Counted from the stretch's first letter, positions 1 to 13,248 are shown. The stretch is DNA of 64,000 bases from Octopus sinensis (GCF_006345805.1 NC_043013.1:39742001-39806000); one strand, 5' to 3'. Numbers and translations: made by a program. Notes: generated from the sequence alone by a model not told the origin.

Positions 1-315
1 TCTCACAATCCCACGTTATCGTCTTCATTATGGGACAATATAATTCTTCGTATACAAAAGAGTGAAAATGGCGCCATTATATCAAGAACACCTTTCATTA
101 AAGTTTTGTTCGACTGCGACTGCTCTAGGAATACACAACGGTGACAAAGTTTACTTGGAGCCAACGAAGGATGGTTTCTACCAGGGCATACGACTTGTTA
201 GACGTTGCAGACAAATTTTCTCTAAATCACACACAAGCACACACACACAGACACACACATGCATGCAAACATACATACATACATACATACATACATACAT
301 ACATACATACATACA

Positions 316-349
<34 letters not shown>

Positions 350-436
350 CACACAGCATGTCTAGATATATAAATGAATGCATGAGAAGACGTTCATAAA
401 AACAAATCGTACAAATCTGCACGTATACATACATAC

Positions 437-1025
437 ATTATTATGGCTGCCCCCTCGTTATCGAGTATGGCCATTGCACGAAGCTTAACTGTTACTGGTG
501 CTGTGATCGAATGTGACTTTATAGCCCAGCTAAAGATCTACAATGTCTTGTACAAAATTGGCAACTAAAACCTTTACTGGTAATAGCCGGTTGTAGCTGT
601 AACTGGGCTTCATATAACTTTGCATGTCGTTTAAGTCCTCCTGCCGAATTACACTCTCTTCCACATGCCCGACAGATATGATTAGTATGGTGTGTTACAC
701 CACCACCAGTGGCCAGGTTGTCACTTATCTGTCTCGTTTTATGACTACGAAGATGACTCATGAGTCCAGCTTTACTGAGGCAGGGTCTTGCCCAGACATT
801 GCATGTCAGAATCAAAGGAAGACCTTTCCCTTCTGGAAGTGTAACAGCGATGCCCTTCCTGACATCCCTCCTTACTTTCTCATGTGCAACTCGAGATTTC
901 TCAAAAGTGGTTGTCCCCTCATGCACAGTCCTTCTCCACCTGCTACGATCAATAGCTATGCCATCCTATGTGTCAGGAGAGATGCAAGCATCTCTTAAGG
1001 AAGCCTTCAGCAAGTCCTTATACAT
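437..1025 (-). mobile_element. 5'-truncated RTE-clade LINE 3' end with three C-terminal C2H2-like zinc fingers
   Basis: Minus translation YKDLLKASLRDACISPDT*DGIAIDRSRWRRTVHEG resembles RTE ORF C-termini. It continues into CNVWARPCLSKAGLMSHLRSH, CRACGRECNSAGGLKRH and CQFCTRHCRSLAGL*SHIRSQH. In-frame stops are present, there is a short TAATAA tail, and both flanks are (TACA)n. Confidence 0.75.
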
Positions 1026-1063
1026 ATATACGCACATACATAAATACATACATACATACATAC

Positions 1064-1094
<31 letters not shown>

Positions 1095-1135
1095 CATACA
1101 TACATACATACATACATACACACGTGCATACATAC

Positions 1136-1242
1136 AATAAAACCTGTCGATGTTGTGAAAATGCCAATGAAGGATCCTTGAATCTAGGTTATAAACCGGG
1201 TCCATCTCTATTGACAAGAAATCTTGTAATAAAACTGAATAA
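1136..1242 (+). repeat. ~100-bp (TACA)n-embedded module, copy 1 (putative R4/Dong-like 3' end)
   Basis: AATGCCAATGAAGGATCCTTGAATCTAGGTTATAAACCGG...GAAATCTTGTAATAAAACTGAA. Homologous copies lie at 1411, 18850, 40058 and 55479. Confidence 0.7.
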
Positions 1243-1410
1243 CATACATACATACGTACATACATGTATACATAGATACATACATACATAAATACATACA
1301 TACATAAATACATACATAAACACACATACATACAGCATGTCTAGAAACGCAAGTGTATGGTTAGAAGACATCATAAGACAAAACGTACAAATCTACATGC
1401 ATACATGCAT

Positions 1411-1520
1411 AGAAAAATTCCCTGTTGATATTGAAATGCCAATGAAGGAGTCTTGAATCTAGGTTAGAAATCGACTCTTTCTCTATTGACAATAATTCTT
1501 GAAATAAAACTGAATAATGG
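1411..1520 (+). repeat. (TACA)n-embedded module, copy 2
   Basis: Same motif as 1136-1242, followed by (TACA)n. Confidence 0.7.
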
Positions 1521-1567
1521 CATACATACATACATACATACATACAAACATACATGCATACATACAT

Positions 1568-1900
1568 TTGATGAAATGATGATTGATAAAAGGAATGTTT
1601 AAATTCAAGGAGCATATCGAATCTATTTGTCCGTAGCGAATTTACCATATTGTGGAAGACTGCATCTGGTTTTAGCGAAACATAATATCTAGAATGTACG
1701 GAAGAACTTTGGCAGAAAATTATTCACTCAAGAAAGGTCTTCTTAGCTTTGTATATTCTGCATATCCATGAAGCGGATTCAGAATCATCGTCAAGTATTT
1801 CTTGCAGAAATGGGAAATGGTGAAGAATTTGAGCATTTCCATTTAATCAGCGATAATCTGACTTTTTTCTCCTAGATATTTGTAAACAAGAGAATCCAAT
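1568..1900 (-). mobile_element. Decayed non-LTR retrotransposon fragment, possibly the zinc-knuckle region of an RLE-type (R4/Dong-like) element
   Basis: Minus frame ICRIYK...SRYYVSLKPDAVFHNMVNSLR loosely resembles the CRxC...Y..RHDxV region. It has many stops and abuts (TACA)n. Confidence 0.3.
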
Positions 1901-1917
1901 ATATCATATCATATCAT

Positions 1918-1991
<74 letters not shown>

Positions 1992-2124
1992 TCATGTTGC
2001 ATCCGTCAGAATGGCAGATGACAGACAGCGCCAGCGTAAGATGATGAAAAGTAACATCTGAAATGACTGTGATGTCCTGACATACAATACATTATAATGT
2101 ATTGCATTATTGTGCCGTATTTAA

Positions 2125-2326
2125 GACGGCGAGCTGGCAGAAACGTTAGCAAATGCTTAGCAGTATTTAGTCTGTCTTTACGTTCTGAGTTCAAATTCCG
2201 CCGCAGTCGACTTTGCCTTTCATTCTTTCGGGGTTGATAAATTAAGTACCAGTTGCGTACTGGGATCGATCTAATCGACTGACCCATTCCCACAAAATTT
2301 CGGGCCTTGTTCCTAGAGTAGAAAAT
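2125..2326 (+). mobile_element. tRNA-derived SINE, family B (Meta-domain-like)
   Basis: Head GGCGAGCTGGCAGAAACG, B-box-like GAGTTCAAATTCC, central CCTTTCATTCTTTCGGGGTTGATAAATTAAGTACCAG. Many copies occur in the window. Confidence 0.85.
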
Positions 2327-3309
2327 ATTACTGTACCGTGTTTCTGCTAATGGAAATATAATGTTGATCTGATATGGAGCAAAAGATAGTTGTTGTTGTT
2401 GTTGTTGTGTTTGCACATTTTGTTCTTCCTTTGATTTGAAACGGAACTGGTTGTTTTTCGCAGGTTAAGCGACCTTACTAAGGTTTCCTTGTTAATTCAT
2501 TTGTTAAAAGCCTAGTTGTTGTTGTTCCAGGATCATCCCTAATTACACAGATCAATACCAAAAAAAGTGTTCCACACATGGCCATCCTGCCGTTTCTGTT
2601 CATGGATATATTCAATGTGTGCTACTTTTTTGTAATCAAAAATCTATTCTATGATTTAAAGGTTCGTTGATTTTCATTCTTGTCATTTAGCGCGACCACA
2701 CAGAGACACCTTTATGGTCTATTTAAAAGCTAACGTTTCGCATGATAGACAAATCATTTTAACACGTACAAATCGATGAAAGTATGCATTCGAGCTGAGC
2801 AGCAGACATTCAGGCAGACAAAACCGAATCCAGAGTAAACGTAAATAGAAACGAGCGTGCCAGCGTTGTCTTCTATATACACTAATAGTGCACGTGTACT
2901 TAGTTTCGTTTTCCGTTACAAGAATCCATATTACATCGCTTTTTGCTCACTGTAATGGTTTTAGTTCACAAGAAAATGTAACGGATCATTGACTCTATGT
3001 ACTTTTAAAACCAGTTGCCTTCAATTAATGTGAGTTTTTTTCTGTTTTTATTTTTTTCCCACATAATTCACAGGTCAGTGGATCTACGTTGTTTGGAAGT
3101 ACCTCAAATGTATGCTAAACACTTTATCGCTTAATGATAATTAACATAGGAAGACTTAATCTAATTAATTTCAATTCTTTCCACTACTTTGGTGAATGCA
3201 AAATAATTTCATTAGCATCGTTTACGTAGAATAAAATAACTTTACACACACTCACACACACACACATAAGTATATTTAAAGATAATATATAGCTAAAGGA
3301 TAATAATAA

Positions 3310-3955
3310 AATTATTGGCTCGCTATTTATACAGTAGGTCAACGATCTTAAAAGGAGGGAGGGCCGCAGTCCATATCATCAACCTCCAATACATGACAAA
3401 TACTTATTTCATCGATGCCGAAAAGACAAATTTAATCGGTAGAATTTAAACTCCACGTGGGGTCAAAAGAAATATCGCTAAACTTTTGTCCGACGCACTA
3501 ATGATTCGGTAAATCGCCGTCATTATGATAATTGAAAGCAATACAATATTCTTTACCTCTTTTTTGTTTTTTGTGAGGCGGACAATTTACAGAGGTCTTA
3601 GAGACGAGTTATGACCCGAATGGTTGGAAGAGAGTAGACCATCCTAAAGATACTCACGATGCCAGGTGGCTGTGTTAAATTGGGTTATGAACTAAGACTA
3701 CTAGTCAAGAAGTCCAGGCGACATCTCAACTCGTACGGCTAAAGCGAGAACAAATACCGCAAAGCAACTGGTCTGACGTTCTTACATTTCGGCCAGTCCT
3801 CCGTAATTGATAGTACTTTCTTTATTGACCTTGAAAGGATGAAAAGCAAAGTTGACTTCGGCGGCGTTTGATCTCAGAATGCAGAGAATCGGATCAACTA
3901 CCACAACGTATTCTGTCCGATACTGTAACGATTCTGCCAATTCTCCGTTCTTGCC
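3310..3955 (-). mobile_element. Diverged family B SINE remnants (2-3 copies)
   Basis: GAAAGGATGAAAAGCAAAGTTGACTTCGGCGGCGTTTGATCTCAGAA is the reverse complement of the family B core. Confidence 0.65.
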
Positions 3956-4777
3956 CACAGTTTAGCATTTACAGATGTTGGACCAAATATAGAAACAAGG
4001 AATAACCAACCCAGTTTATTGTATCAGGCAACTACCAAACATCACAAACGCAGGTCCCCACATTCCGGTATAATTCTATGTAAGACAGAAATACTCTTGG
4101 CAGCATTTCAGAACTGGTTTTATCATAAACTTTCTTGTACAAGGTGTGATAGAAAATATATTTCCCAAGGTCGTTGGTTTGGTGCTAGTTAGACGGGTGG
4201 CAACGATTTCTTCTTGAAGCTAATTCTTTTATTTTTTTATTGGTTTCAGCCAGGCTGGGGCATCCTTATTAAAATTCTATTCTCATCCCAGAGATTGAAC
4301 CCAGGCCGCCTGAGATTTTACAGTTTTTTCTTTCATTCGCAGTTACCATGGTGGTTTCGACTAGTATACAATATGTGTTTGCTGTTAATGAGTTTATCAA
4401 GAATGGTCAATCTGATTTTTTTCCTTTTGCCTTCCCCTGTGTGACAAACATTTTGTTAGGTGTGGTTCAAGGAAAGACTACAGCTCATAACAGCTTTCTC
4501 AAGGACTTTCGAGACTGGGTTATGAAAGGAGAAAAATACCTTAAACCATTGATCTTTCTTTAATATTTATAACAGAGTGGACTCTGCTAAGGACCCTCAA
4601 GTTGTGTGGGTGATGGCATTATAACGAACAACAGATCAGACCTAACACCGAAGTAAGCCACGACGTGTTTTGTACTGAGGACATAAAGAATTCTTAACAA
4701 ATATCACAAGTCATTAGTCCGACCCTGAAGCAATTCAGCCAGTCACCTGTCTAGACTGCAAAGGTAAAGTTGTCTTC

Positions 4778-5077
<300 letters not shown>

Positions 5078-5267
5078 TTTATGTATGTAGGTATGTATGT
5101 ATATACACACTCTTTCACACACTCACTCGCACACACATACATGTAATTTTTTATTTGTATTCAATGATGTTAGCTTCTAATAACTACACCTTAGATATAG
5201 GCACTTGCTGGCTCTGTTTGTGTATTTGCAAGCTTGTGCGAGCATTTGAGAAAGAGTGACAAACGAA

Positions 5268-5373
5268 GAAAGAAAGAAAGAAAGAAACAAACAAACAAAC
5301 AAACAAACAAACAAACAAACAAACAAACAAACAAAGAATGAATGAAAGAAAGAAAGAAAGAAAGAAAGAATGA

Positions 5374-5423
<50 letters not shown>
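5268..5423 (+). repeat. (GAAA)n/(CAAA)n microsatellite
   Basis: Directly visible. Confidence 0.95.
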
Positions 5424-5424
<1 letters not shown>

Positions 5425-6017
5425 CAACACACGAACAAAGCAACGAAGGACAGAAAGAAACAAAGAGTGTTTGTATACAAAAGAGTAGAAGTGCGGGTTA
5501 ACTTTAACCGAGAGAGGTGAAGTTATTTAAGAGAATGACAGTTTTGATAACAAAAAGGCTGGAATGTGTATGGTTTTACTGTCGCTATGCTGTCTTCATT
5601 GAAAACACATAACTACCGTCGGTCCAATCAACGTAGCTTTACAATGCCGGATGCATATCTCAGTTGCGTGAGAAACATTGTTGCTGTGTGTTTTCATTGG
5701 TTAGTCGTACTGAATCCAGACAGGTGACATTAGGATATATATAGATATACGAAAATGCTTACGGTAGGAATGTGTTTGATGTTAGCTCTGCGATCAGAAA
5801 TGATCTGGGAATTACCACCAACAGCAACAACAACAGAAACATTAACAACTACGACAACCAATGGCCGACTGGGGATTATATTTGAAAAATGTTACATACG
5901 TTTTTTCAATGTGCATGCATATGATAGCTATAAAGCTGTAAAAATGAACAACTATACAAATTGTAGAATTTTTATACAACGTAGATATATATATACACAC
6001 ACACACACGCATGAATA

Positions 6018-6236
6018 TATGAGAAGGTGGTGAAAAGCTCCTGATTTTAAGGTATCACGAAAGGCATGGCTGGAACACCAAATACCCGAGTGCTTTTACA
6101 AGGCATAAAAAAACTGAAGGACCGCTGCAATACGTGTGTGAATTTGAGAGAGAAAATGCTGAATAAAATCATAATTAACTGATCCTCCTGTATTTTCTTT
6201 TACCCAAAGCCAGGAAATTGTCAGCACCACCTCGTA
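6018..6236 (+). mobile_element. Mariner-derived MITE
   Basis: Imperfect TIRs GAGAAGGTGGTGAAAAGCTCCTG / CAGGAAATTGTCAGCACCACCTCGTA. The interior resembles a mariner transposase C-terminus. Confidence 0.65.
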
Positions 6237-6416
6237 GAGGTAATTATGCTGATAAACAATGTGAATATAATATAATGGGTAGGGTTTGATATATCTAACA
6301 GACTGAAGATTTCAGACGAATAATATTTAAGTATATATTCAAAATGTGACCGCGTGTGTACCGTTGGCGATTTTTTTCCTCCGTCTTCCCTTTTTTTGGA
6401 TCTTTCCTTTTCCTAT

Positions 6417-6451
6417 GTTTCTGACGAAGAGATCCGCTCGAAACGTAAAAC
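6417..6451 (+). ncRNA. Minimal type I hammerhead ribozyme motif in a PLE-terminal module (~6340-6545)
   Basis: GUUU CUGACGA A GAG-AUCCG-CUC GAAAC GUA/AAAC. The core is intact, stem I is GUUU/AAAC, and stem III is the loopless palindrome ACGU. The module ends in (TA)n. Confidence 0.75.
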
Positions 6452-7265
6452 CCTCCTTCTTCCTTTCTTCCTGAGCGTCCAATAATTTGTTCCACGTCCT
6501 CGCGTTGTTGTGTTTTCTCTTTGTGTTTTCATGTTTGGATTAACTATATATATATATATTCTTTTTTCTTTGTGCATAATTATGAAATCATATGATCTGC
6601 AGCTGAATCTGTTTTTAAAAGGCTTGCTTCGAGAGTTGCATTCCCTCGCGTTTGGTACAATGTATTTATTATTGTAGTTTTTACTTTAAGAGTCCCTCCT
6701 AGCGTGGAGGTATTTATGTATAGTAATGCCCTTAATATAGATAAATATATTTAAAGAGAATAATTAATAAATTTTTACCTTATGATGTTTTTCACGCTAA
6801 CTGTTTGATAATTTCTGATAAAGATTTTATCCTATTTGGGAATTATATATATATATACATACATGTATGTATGTATGTATGTATGTATGTATGTATGTAT
6901 GTATGTATGTATGTATGTATGTATGTATGTTTGTATGTATGTATGTATGTATGTATGTATGTATGTATGTATGTATGTATGTATGTGTCTATGTATGTAT
7001 GTGTCTATGTGTGTATATGTAAATGTGTTTGTGTGTGTGTGTATTTATACATATATTTATGTATGTGTGTGATACATAAAGTAACTACATGTACGAATAC
7101 ATACAGACGCAAACTCATATTTATATAGCACCACAAGCATCTCAGAGGTATCCATGAATATATACCCACACACATACACACATACACGCGCACGCACACA
7201 AACACACACATACATACACACACACACATATGCATATATAAGATTGATGCTTGCGTATGTATGTG

Positions 7266-7520
7266 TGAAGGCGCGTGGCTAAGTGGGTAGGGTGTTCAGC
7301 TCACTATCGTAATCTTGCGAGTTCGATTTCCGGCGGCACGTTGAGTGCTTGTGCAAGATACTTTATTTCACATCACTTCAGTCTACTCATCTGGCAAAAA
7401 TCATCAATACCTGTAATTGAAAGGGGCAACCCTGTCACATTCTGTATCACGTTGAATCTCCCTGGGAACTAGGTTAAGGTTAAACGTGTCTGTGGAATAT
7501 TCGGCCACTTTCACGTTCCT
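7266..7520 (+). mobile_element. Family C SINE, diverged
   Basis: Head GGCGCGTGGCTAAGTGG...GAGTTCGATTTCC; body GTGTCTGTGGAATATTCGGCCACTT is shared with 53223-53607. Confidence 0.75.
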
Positions 7521-7781
7521 TTCAATACCTCACGGTATTTGACTCAGCACTCAAGGGTCTGAATCCAAAAACCTCCAGCATCAACTGTTCTTTTCAACCT
7601 GTTGGGGTGGGGTCAATAAAAAAGTACAAATCCAGGACAGTGGACATAAACAAACCAACACCAGTTGTCAGGCGGTGGTGGGAGACAAGCTCAATTACGT
7701 GACCATACACAAAAATATATACATAACACACAGACACATTTATATATATATATTTATTTATATATATTCATATATATATAC

Positions 7782-7850
<69 letters not shown>

Positions 7851-7907
7851 ATATATAAATTACAATATATATATTATAATATAAATATATATATATATAT
7901 TATAATA

Positions 7908-8144
7908 TATACATATTAGAGGGAAACCACTATGTGGACAACCTTATGCTAGAAATAGATCCGCTACGGTCTTACCACTAAGAAATGTTCTCAAGAAAAA
8001 TTTAGCAAAACAACCAAAACGTAATCGAGCAAGACAAAAATTTTGCTAAATTTTTCTTGAGAACATTTCTTAGTAATAAAACCATAGCGGACCTATTTCT
8101 AGCATAAGGGTGTCCACATAGTAGTTTCCCTCTAATATGTATAT
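7908..8144. repeat. Long inverted repeat (~100-bp arms, ~30-bp spacer) between (TA)n tracts
   Basis: ATTAGAGGGAAACCACTATGTGGACA...GAAAAATTTAGCAAAA pairs with TTTTGCTAAATTTTTC...TGTCCACATAGTAGTTTCCCTCTAAT. Confidence 0.9.
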
Positions 8145-8291
8145 AATACAATTTTACTGAAACTTCAGTTTTTTTTTTATATGCTAGACCACTGGTGTGA
8201 AATCGATGTTAATTAAATTAATAACTAATTTCTCACCCTCATTTTAAATTTAAATTTATATTATAATATATATATATATTATAATATATAG

Positions 8292-8365
<74 letters not shown>

Positions 8366-8468
8366 TAATCCAAACAAGAAAACACAAAAAAACAAAAAAC
8401 ACAACAACGCGAGGACGTGGAACAAATAAAGTATTATTTGACGCTCAGGAAAGAAGGGAAGAAGGAGG

Positions 8469-8503
8469 GTTTAACGTTTCGAGCGGAGCTCTTCGTCGGA
8501 AAC
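8469..8503 (-). ncRNA. Hammerhead-like motif with a core variant (CCGACGA); inverted homolog of 6417, in module 8362-8533
   Basis: Minus strand: GUUU CCGACGA A GAG-CUCCG-CUC GAAAC GUU/AAAC. Confidence 0.55.
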
Positions 8504-8720
8504 ATAGGAGAAGGAAAGATCCCGAGAAGGGAAAGGTAAGCAGAGTTAGCGGTTATAGTAACCGACTAAGGCATAAATTATTCGTATTTACTATCGATAT
8601 CATTTACCTGGCCATGAGTATGCAGGCACACTATGCTCGTAGTGTACAGGTAACAATAGAATGAGCAAAAGCTTATCAGGAATCAAATTTAAATGATTAG
8701 AAAATGAAGAAAATCAAATC

Positions 8721-8894
8721 AATTGGACCACATCTGTAGCTTATTACTATTTAATACAAAACATGACATAACATAACATTTATGTGACTTAACAATTCTT
8801 ACGCCCATTTCCGGAAGAATTGTTATATCACATGAAAGTTATGTTATGTAACGTTTTGTATTTAATAATAATAAGCTACAGATGTGGTCCAATT
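8721..8894. repeat. Foldback palindrome / MITE-like hairpin
   Basis: AATTGGACCACATCTGTAGCTTATTA...AACAATTCTT pairs with AAGAATTGTT...TAATAAGCTACAGATGTGGTCCAATT. Confidence 0.9.
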
Positions 8895-11078
8895 ATTTTG
8901 TTGATCTAAGGTTTTCCTCCATTTTCTCCATTTATGGAGCTAAGCCATAATATCAATAACAACAGTGTCTGATATAAGGAGGGCCCTCAGTCGGTCTACG
9001 ATGACGATACATGCGCACAGCTATGTGCAGGCCGTGGCAAGTATTTTCGCTCAGGAAGACTAGAAGTCGCTCCTGCATGGATGTCTGCTCTCTCCATGCC
9101 ACCGATATTTATCCAAGAAAAAAGATGCCAGCTTGGGTCGGCAAGCCTTAATACAAGTATCAGAACACAAAGGGCCAGAACGTATACTGCAAGACATTTT
9201 GCCTGAACCCCAACCTGTTCCACCTGTGCACTGTCCTGGATCGGTATTTTTTTATTGACCTTACTCCAACAGGATGAAAGGCACAAATAATGTTAGTGGT
9301 TTTGGGATTCAGACCTTTCAGGGCTGCAACAAATATCGTGTGGTATTGAAAAGAACGCTCTAACGACTGTTCCAATTCGCAGCATTGAAAGCGTAACTCT
9401 TTAAATTGCCATTTTTTCTTACCTGTAACTGGTCGCTCGACCTGTTAGAAACATCAGCCAAATTTCCCATGAAAGAAGAAGAGTGATACAATATATATTG
9501 TTGCTCTATATGGCCGAATGGCTAAGAGGTTTGTTCCTCAATCACGACGCCCCTAGTTTCATTTCAGTACGTGTTACCTCATGCAAGTGTCATTTACCAT
9601 AGACTCAAGTCGACCCACAAGAGCCTGGTTACTGAAATTAGGGAAGCACAAGATGTGCAAAAAGCCTCCGGGTGGGTTGCACCCATAAAATGAATGTCCA
9701 GCGTTGTTATGAACACAGGCTCATGCTGATGTCGATTCTGCCGGAGAATTTCAGTTGGGATGCATTTGTTTGTCAAATGGTTAACCGCTTATGCGTTAAT
9801 TCTATGGACAAGTAGTTCGGTTGATTGAAGAACTGAATCTTGGTCACCGACAGAAATTCATATTTTTAGATGCGTGGATATGAAACAAAGCAGTCGGTTT
9901 GGAATATCTTCGGTCGGGCCCGAAATGAGAACAAACAGTGGTAGCAATAAGAGTTTATAACCAAACCTTAGGCTCAAGACGGTAAAAAAAAAAATAGCAG
10001 GCAAATAGGTTTTATTAAAACAAAACAAACGACAAAAATAGATAACTCTGGGAGCCAGTTTTAAAATAGTCGTCATGAAGGATATTTTAATCATTAGAAC
10101 TTATTAATATAAAAGCGATGATTCAACTGGAACCCATATTGAAAAACGATGAAAGTAGTATTTTTGTTTAAACATCATTAATGGTTTCAATGATAAAAGA
10201 GAAAGAAATTGGAAAGATGCCGTCTTGTTTTCCTTAATCACTGACGAACATTCATCTCGATCTTTGAGAGACTGCGATAGAATATTAATTCCTCATTTCA
10301 TTCTTCATTTAGTAAACGTTGTCTTTATTTGTTCTACATTGTTTCTATTCATAGATTATAGAACTATAAAGGAAATGGGGGGGTTATTTATAATATTGCT
10401 TTATTTTCAAAGCATTTTCTAATCATCGTCGTTCTTTCCGTTGTTCTTGTCGTTCTTTTGAAAATTATGTTTAAGAACAAACAAGAATAAAATAAGAGCA
10501 ACAGCGATCGTAATAAGAAGAGCAAGAACAACACAACTACCTGTACTGAATTTACTTTAATTTTCTAATCAAGAGGGAGGGCAGTCCCCACGACCTGTTA
10601 CAGGATGGGTTGGAGGAATGCCCACAAACTGGAAATCTAGTCCAAATGCTTGCATTAAAGTGGACTTCGCAAAACACCACCCAAGATGGGGAGGGGGGAT
10701 TAAGCCGGACGACGATTATGTCTAACACCCAAATAGGCCATGATGGGACTTGAACTCACAACTCAAAATGCCGAAGCAAATACTTCAAGACATCCGGTCC
10801 GGTGTTCTTACAGTGGCACCAATCGAAGTGACTGACAAGGTTTTCCATATAAAAGTTGATAAAGCATGTGAGAAAAAAAAAACGCACACGTGCGCACACA
10901 ACATTGATAGATAAACAGATAGTAGAGAGAGAGAGAAAGAGAGAGAGCGAGAGAGAGACCGACAGACAGCAGACAGACAGACAGACAGGCAGGCAGGCAG
11001 ACAGACAGGTAGATAAATAAAAAGATAGATAGACAAACAGATAGATAAATAGATCGATAGATGATAGACAGGTAAGAT

Positions 11079-11173
<95 letters not shown>

Positions 11174-11236
11174 TAGACAAACAGACAACCAGACAGACAG
11201 ACTGATGAGATTTATTTTGTCGCTCTACGGGGTTAA

Positions 11237-11336
11237 NNNNNNNNNNNNNNNNNNNNNNNNNNNNNNNNNNNNNNNNNNNNNNNNNNNNNNNNNNNNNNNN
11301 NNNNNNNNNNNNNNNNNNNNNNNNNNNNNNNNNNNN
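11237..11336. other. Assembly gap (100 N)
   Basis: Run of N adjoining a (TG)n tract. Confidence 0.99.
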
Positions 11337-11383
<47 letters not shown>

Positions 11384-11571
11384 TGTTGTGTGTGCGCGTG
11401 TATGTATGGATGGATGGATGGATGGATGGATGGATGGATGGGTGGATGGATGGATGGATGGATGGATTGATGGATAGATGGGTGGGGGAATATAGTTTAT
11501 TGAAGCTAACTTCTTATATTATGACGCAAGTTTTAAGTGCGATCTTCAAACGAGGGGGCACGCACACACAC

Positions 11572-11628
11572 ACAGCAACGTGAAACTCAGAATAACAGGT
11601 TTGTTGAATTTATGCTGCTTTAAATAAA

Positions 11629-11678
<50 letters not shown>

Positions 11679-11812
11679 TTATATATATATATATACCTAT
11701 ATATATATATATATATATAATATATATATACAAATATATATATACATACATATATACAAATATATATATATATATACTTTATTTAAAGCAGCAGAAAATT
11801 CAACAAAACCTG
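11572..11812. repeat. Truncated PLE-terminal modules in inverted orientation around a (TA)n tract
   Basis: GCAACGTGAAACTCAGAATAACAGG...GCTGCTTTAAATAAAG with its inverse at ~11777-11812. Same family as the 26700 and 27600 modules; only half of the hammerhead remains. Confidence 0.7.
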
Positions 11813-12517
11813 TATATATATATATATATATACGTACAGGTATACATACGCAGGCATAGATATCTCCCAAACTTTTATTGAATTAAAAAAATAATTATCA
11901 TTTCAATATTTTATTAATTTATTTTTTAAAATCTTTTTATTTATTTATTTTTTTTCGCTACCAGTTTCACTCTTTAATTACGACATCTGTGAAATATATT
12001 CTCCACGAAGTCTCAGAGATGCTCTGAATTCATCACTAATTTATCGGTGTTATTTTCTTTTGTTTCTCTTTTTATTATTTCAAAATCGGATTTCCGTCAT
12101 TTTGACTATTAAATATATTTGCTCCAGAATTTAAGAAAAAACACAAAAATCGCCATTTTTTTTTTTTTTTTCTTAATTCATATTATTACAAATCTGTTCG
12201 ATTTTAATGAGAAATTCATTAATTAGCAATGGAATAACATCAACAATTACAAGGCAAATCATTTTGCTGAATTTCTCTCTCTCTTTCTCCCTCTCCTTCT
12301 TCCTCTTTCTCTTTCTTCTTTTTTTCTTTCTTTCTCTCTCTCGCCCTCCTCTCTCTCTCTCTCTCTTAAGAATATTTATGTAGGGTAGATATGCCCGAGT
12401 GCTTGTATGTTTATATACGAGTGAGCGTGGGTGTACATATGTGTGTATGTGTGTATATGTGTGAGTGTGTATAAGATACAAATATGTACGTGTATGTGTA
12501 TGTGATTGTGTGTGTGT

Positions 12518-12558
<41 letters not shown>

Positions 12559-12735
12559 TGTGTGCTCGCGTATATTTGTTTGAGCTTGAATATTATCAAT
12601 GAAAAGGAATGTGTTTGTGTATTTATCTACCTGTCTCTGTGTAAATGTGTCTGCGTGAATGAGTATATGTATATTTGTATATCCGTAATATGTATCATAT
12701 ATGCATATATATATGAATGTATGTATCATATATAC

Positions 12736-12770
<35 letters not shown>

Positions 12771-13145
12771 AGAGAGAGTGTGTGTGTGAGAGAGAGAGAA
12801 GAGAGGGAGTGATGTGTTTATTTATGTTTACATACACACACGCAGATATAATAATAGATATACACCCCTTCCACACACACACACACACACACACCTCCGT
12901 TTACACTAGATTCTTTGCAATTTCTAGTTTCTATGTTATTTTTTAGCAACGACTTCTTGATCTCACCTATAAACACCCCCACCCCTACTTATATTAGACG
13001 CTTTGTGTTTTTATGCTTTTATTTTCGTCCCGATCAAATCACCCTCACTTTACCAAATGTGTCTGAACTGCTAGTATCTCACCACCAGCATATAACTTGA
13101 AACCAAAATGAATGTGAATCTGGTAACTTTTGAAGCATGTTACGT

Positions 13146-13248
13146 CACCTGATGAGGTTATTTTGTACTGTGAGTTGCATCTGATGTCATTATGTCGTCC
13201 CACGCCCGTTAGGGAGCAGTGCAGAATGAAGCCGAAACGATTGTTGTG
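13146..13248 (+). ncRNA. Type I hammerhead ribozyme motif with extended stem II
   Basis: CAC CUGAUGA GGUUAUUUUGUACUG...CAGUGCAGAAUGAAGCC GAAAC GAUU GUU/GUG, followed by AATAAA and then (TA)n. Confidence 0.65.

Noticed and set aside
62-434. ORFs with YIHT/MYVC repeats here, and the many similar [12 protein letters not shown] and SFFL ORFs across the window
   Set aside because: They are translations of stop-free microsatellites, with no splice or domain support.
519-926. Host C2H2 zinc-finger gene
   Set aside because: It sits in an RTE ORF C-terminal context with in-frame stops and a retroelement tail.
3980-4760. Coding-like unique sequence (also 8940-9170, 25090-25730, 38200-38550 and 56050-56340)
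   Set aside because: There is no long open frame, recognisable motif or paired splice signal. These are probably decayed transposons; BLASTx against TE proteins would decide.
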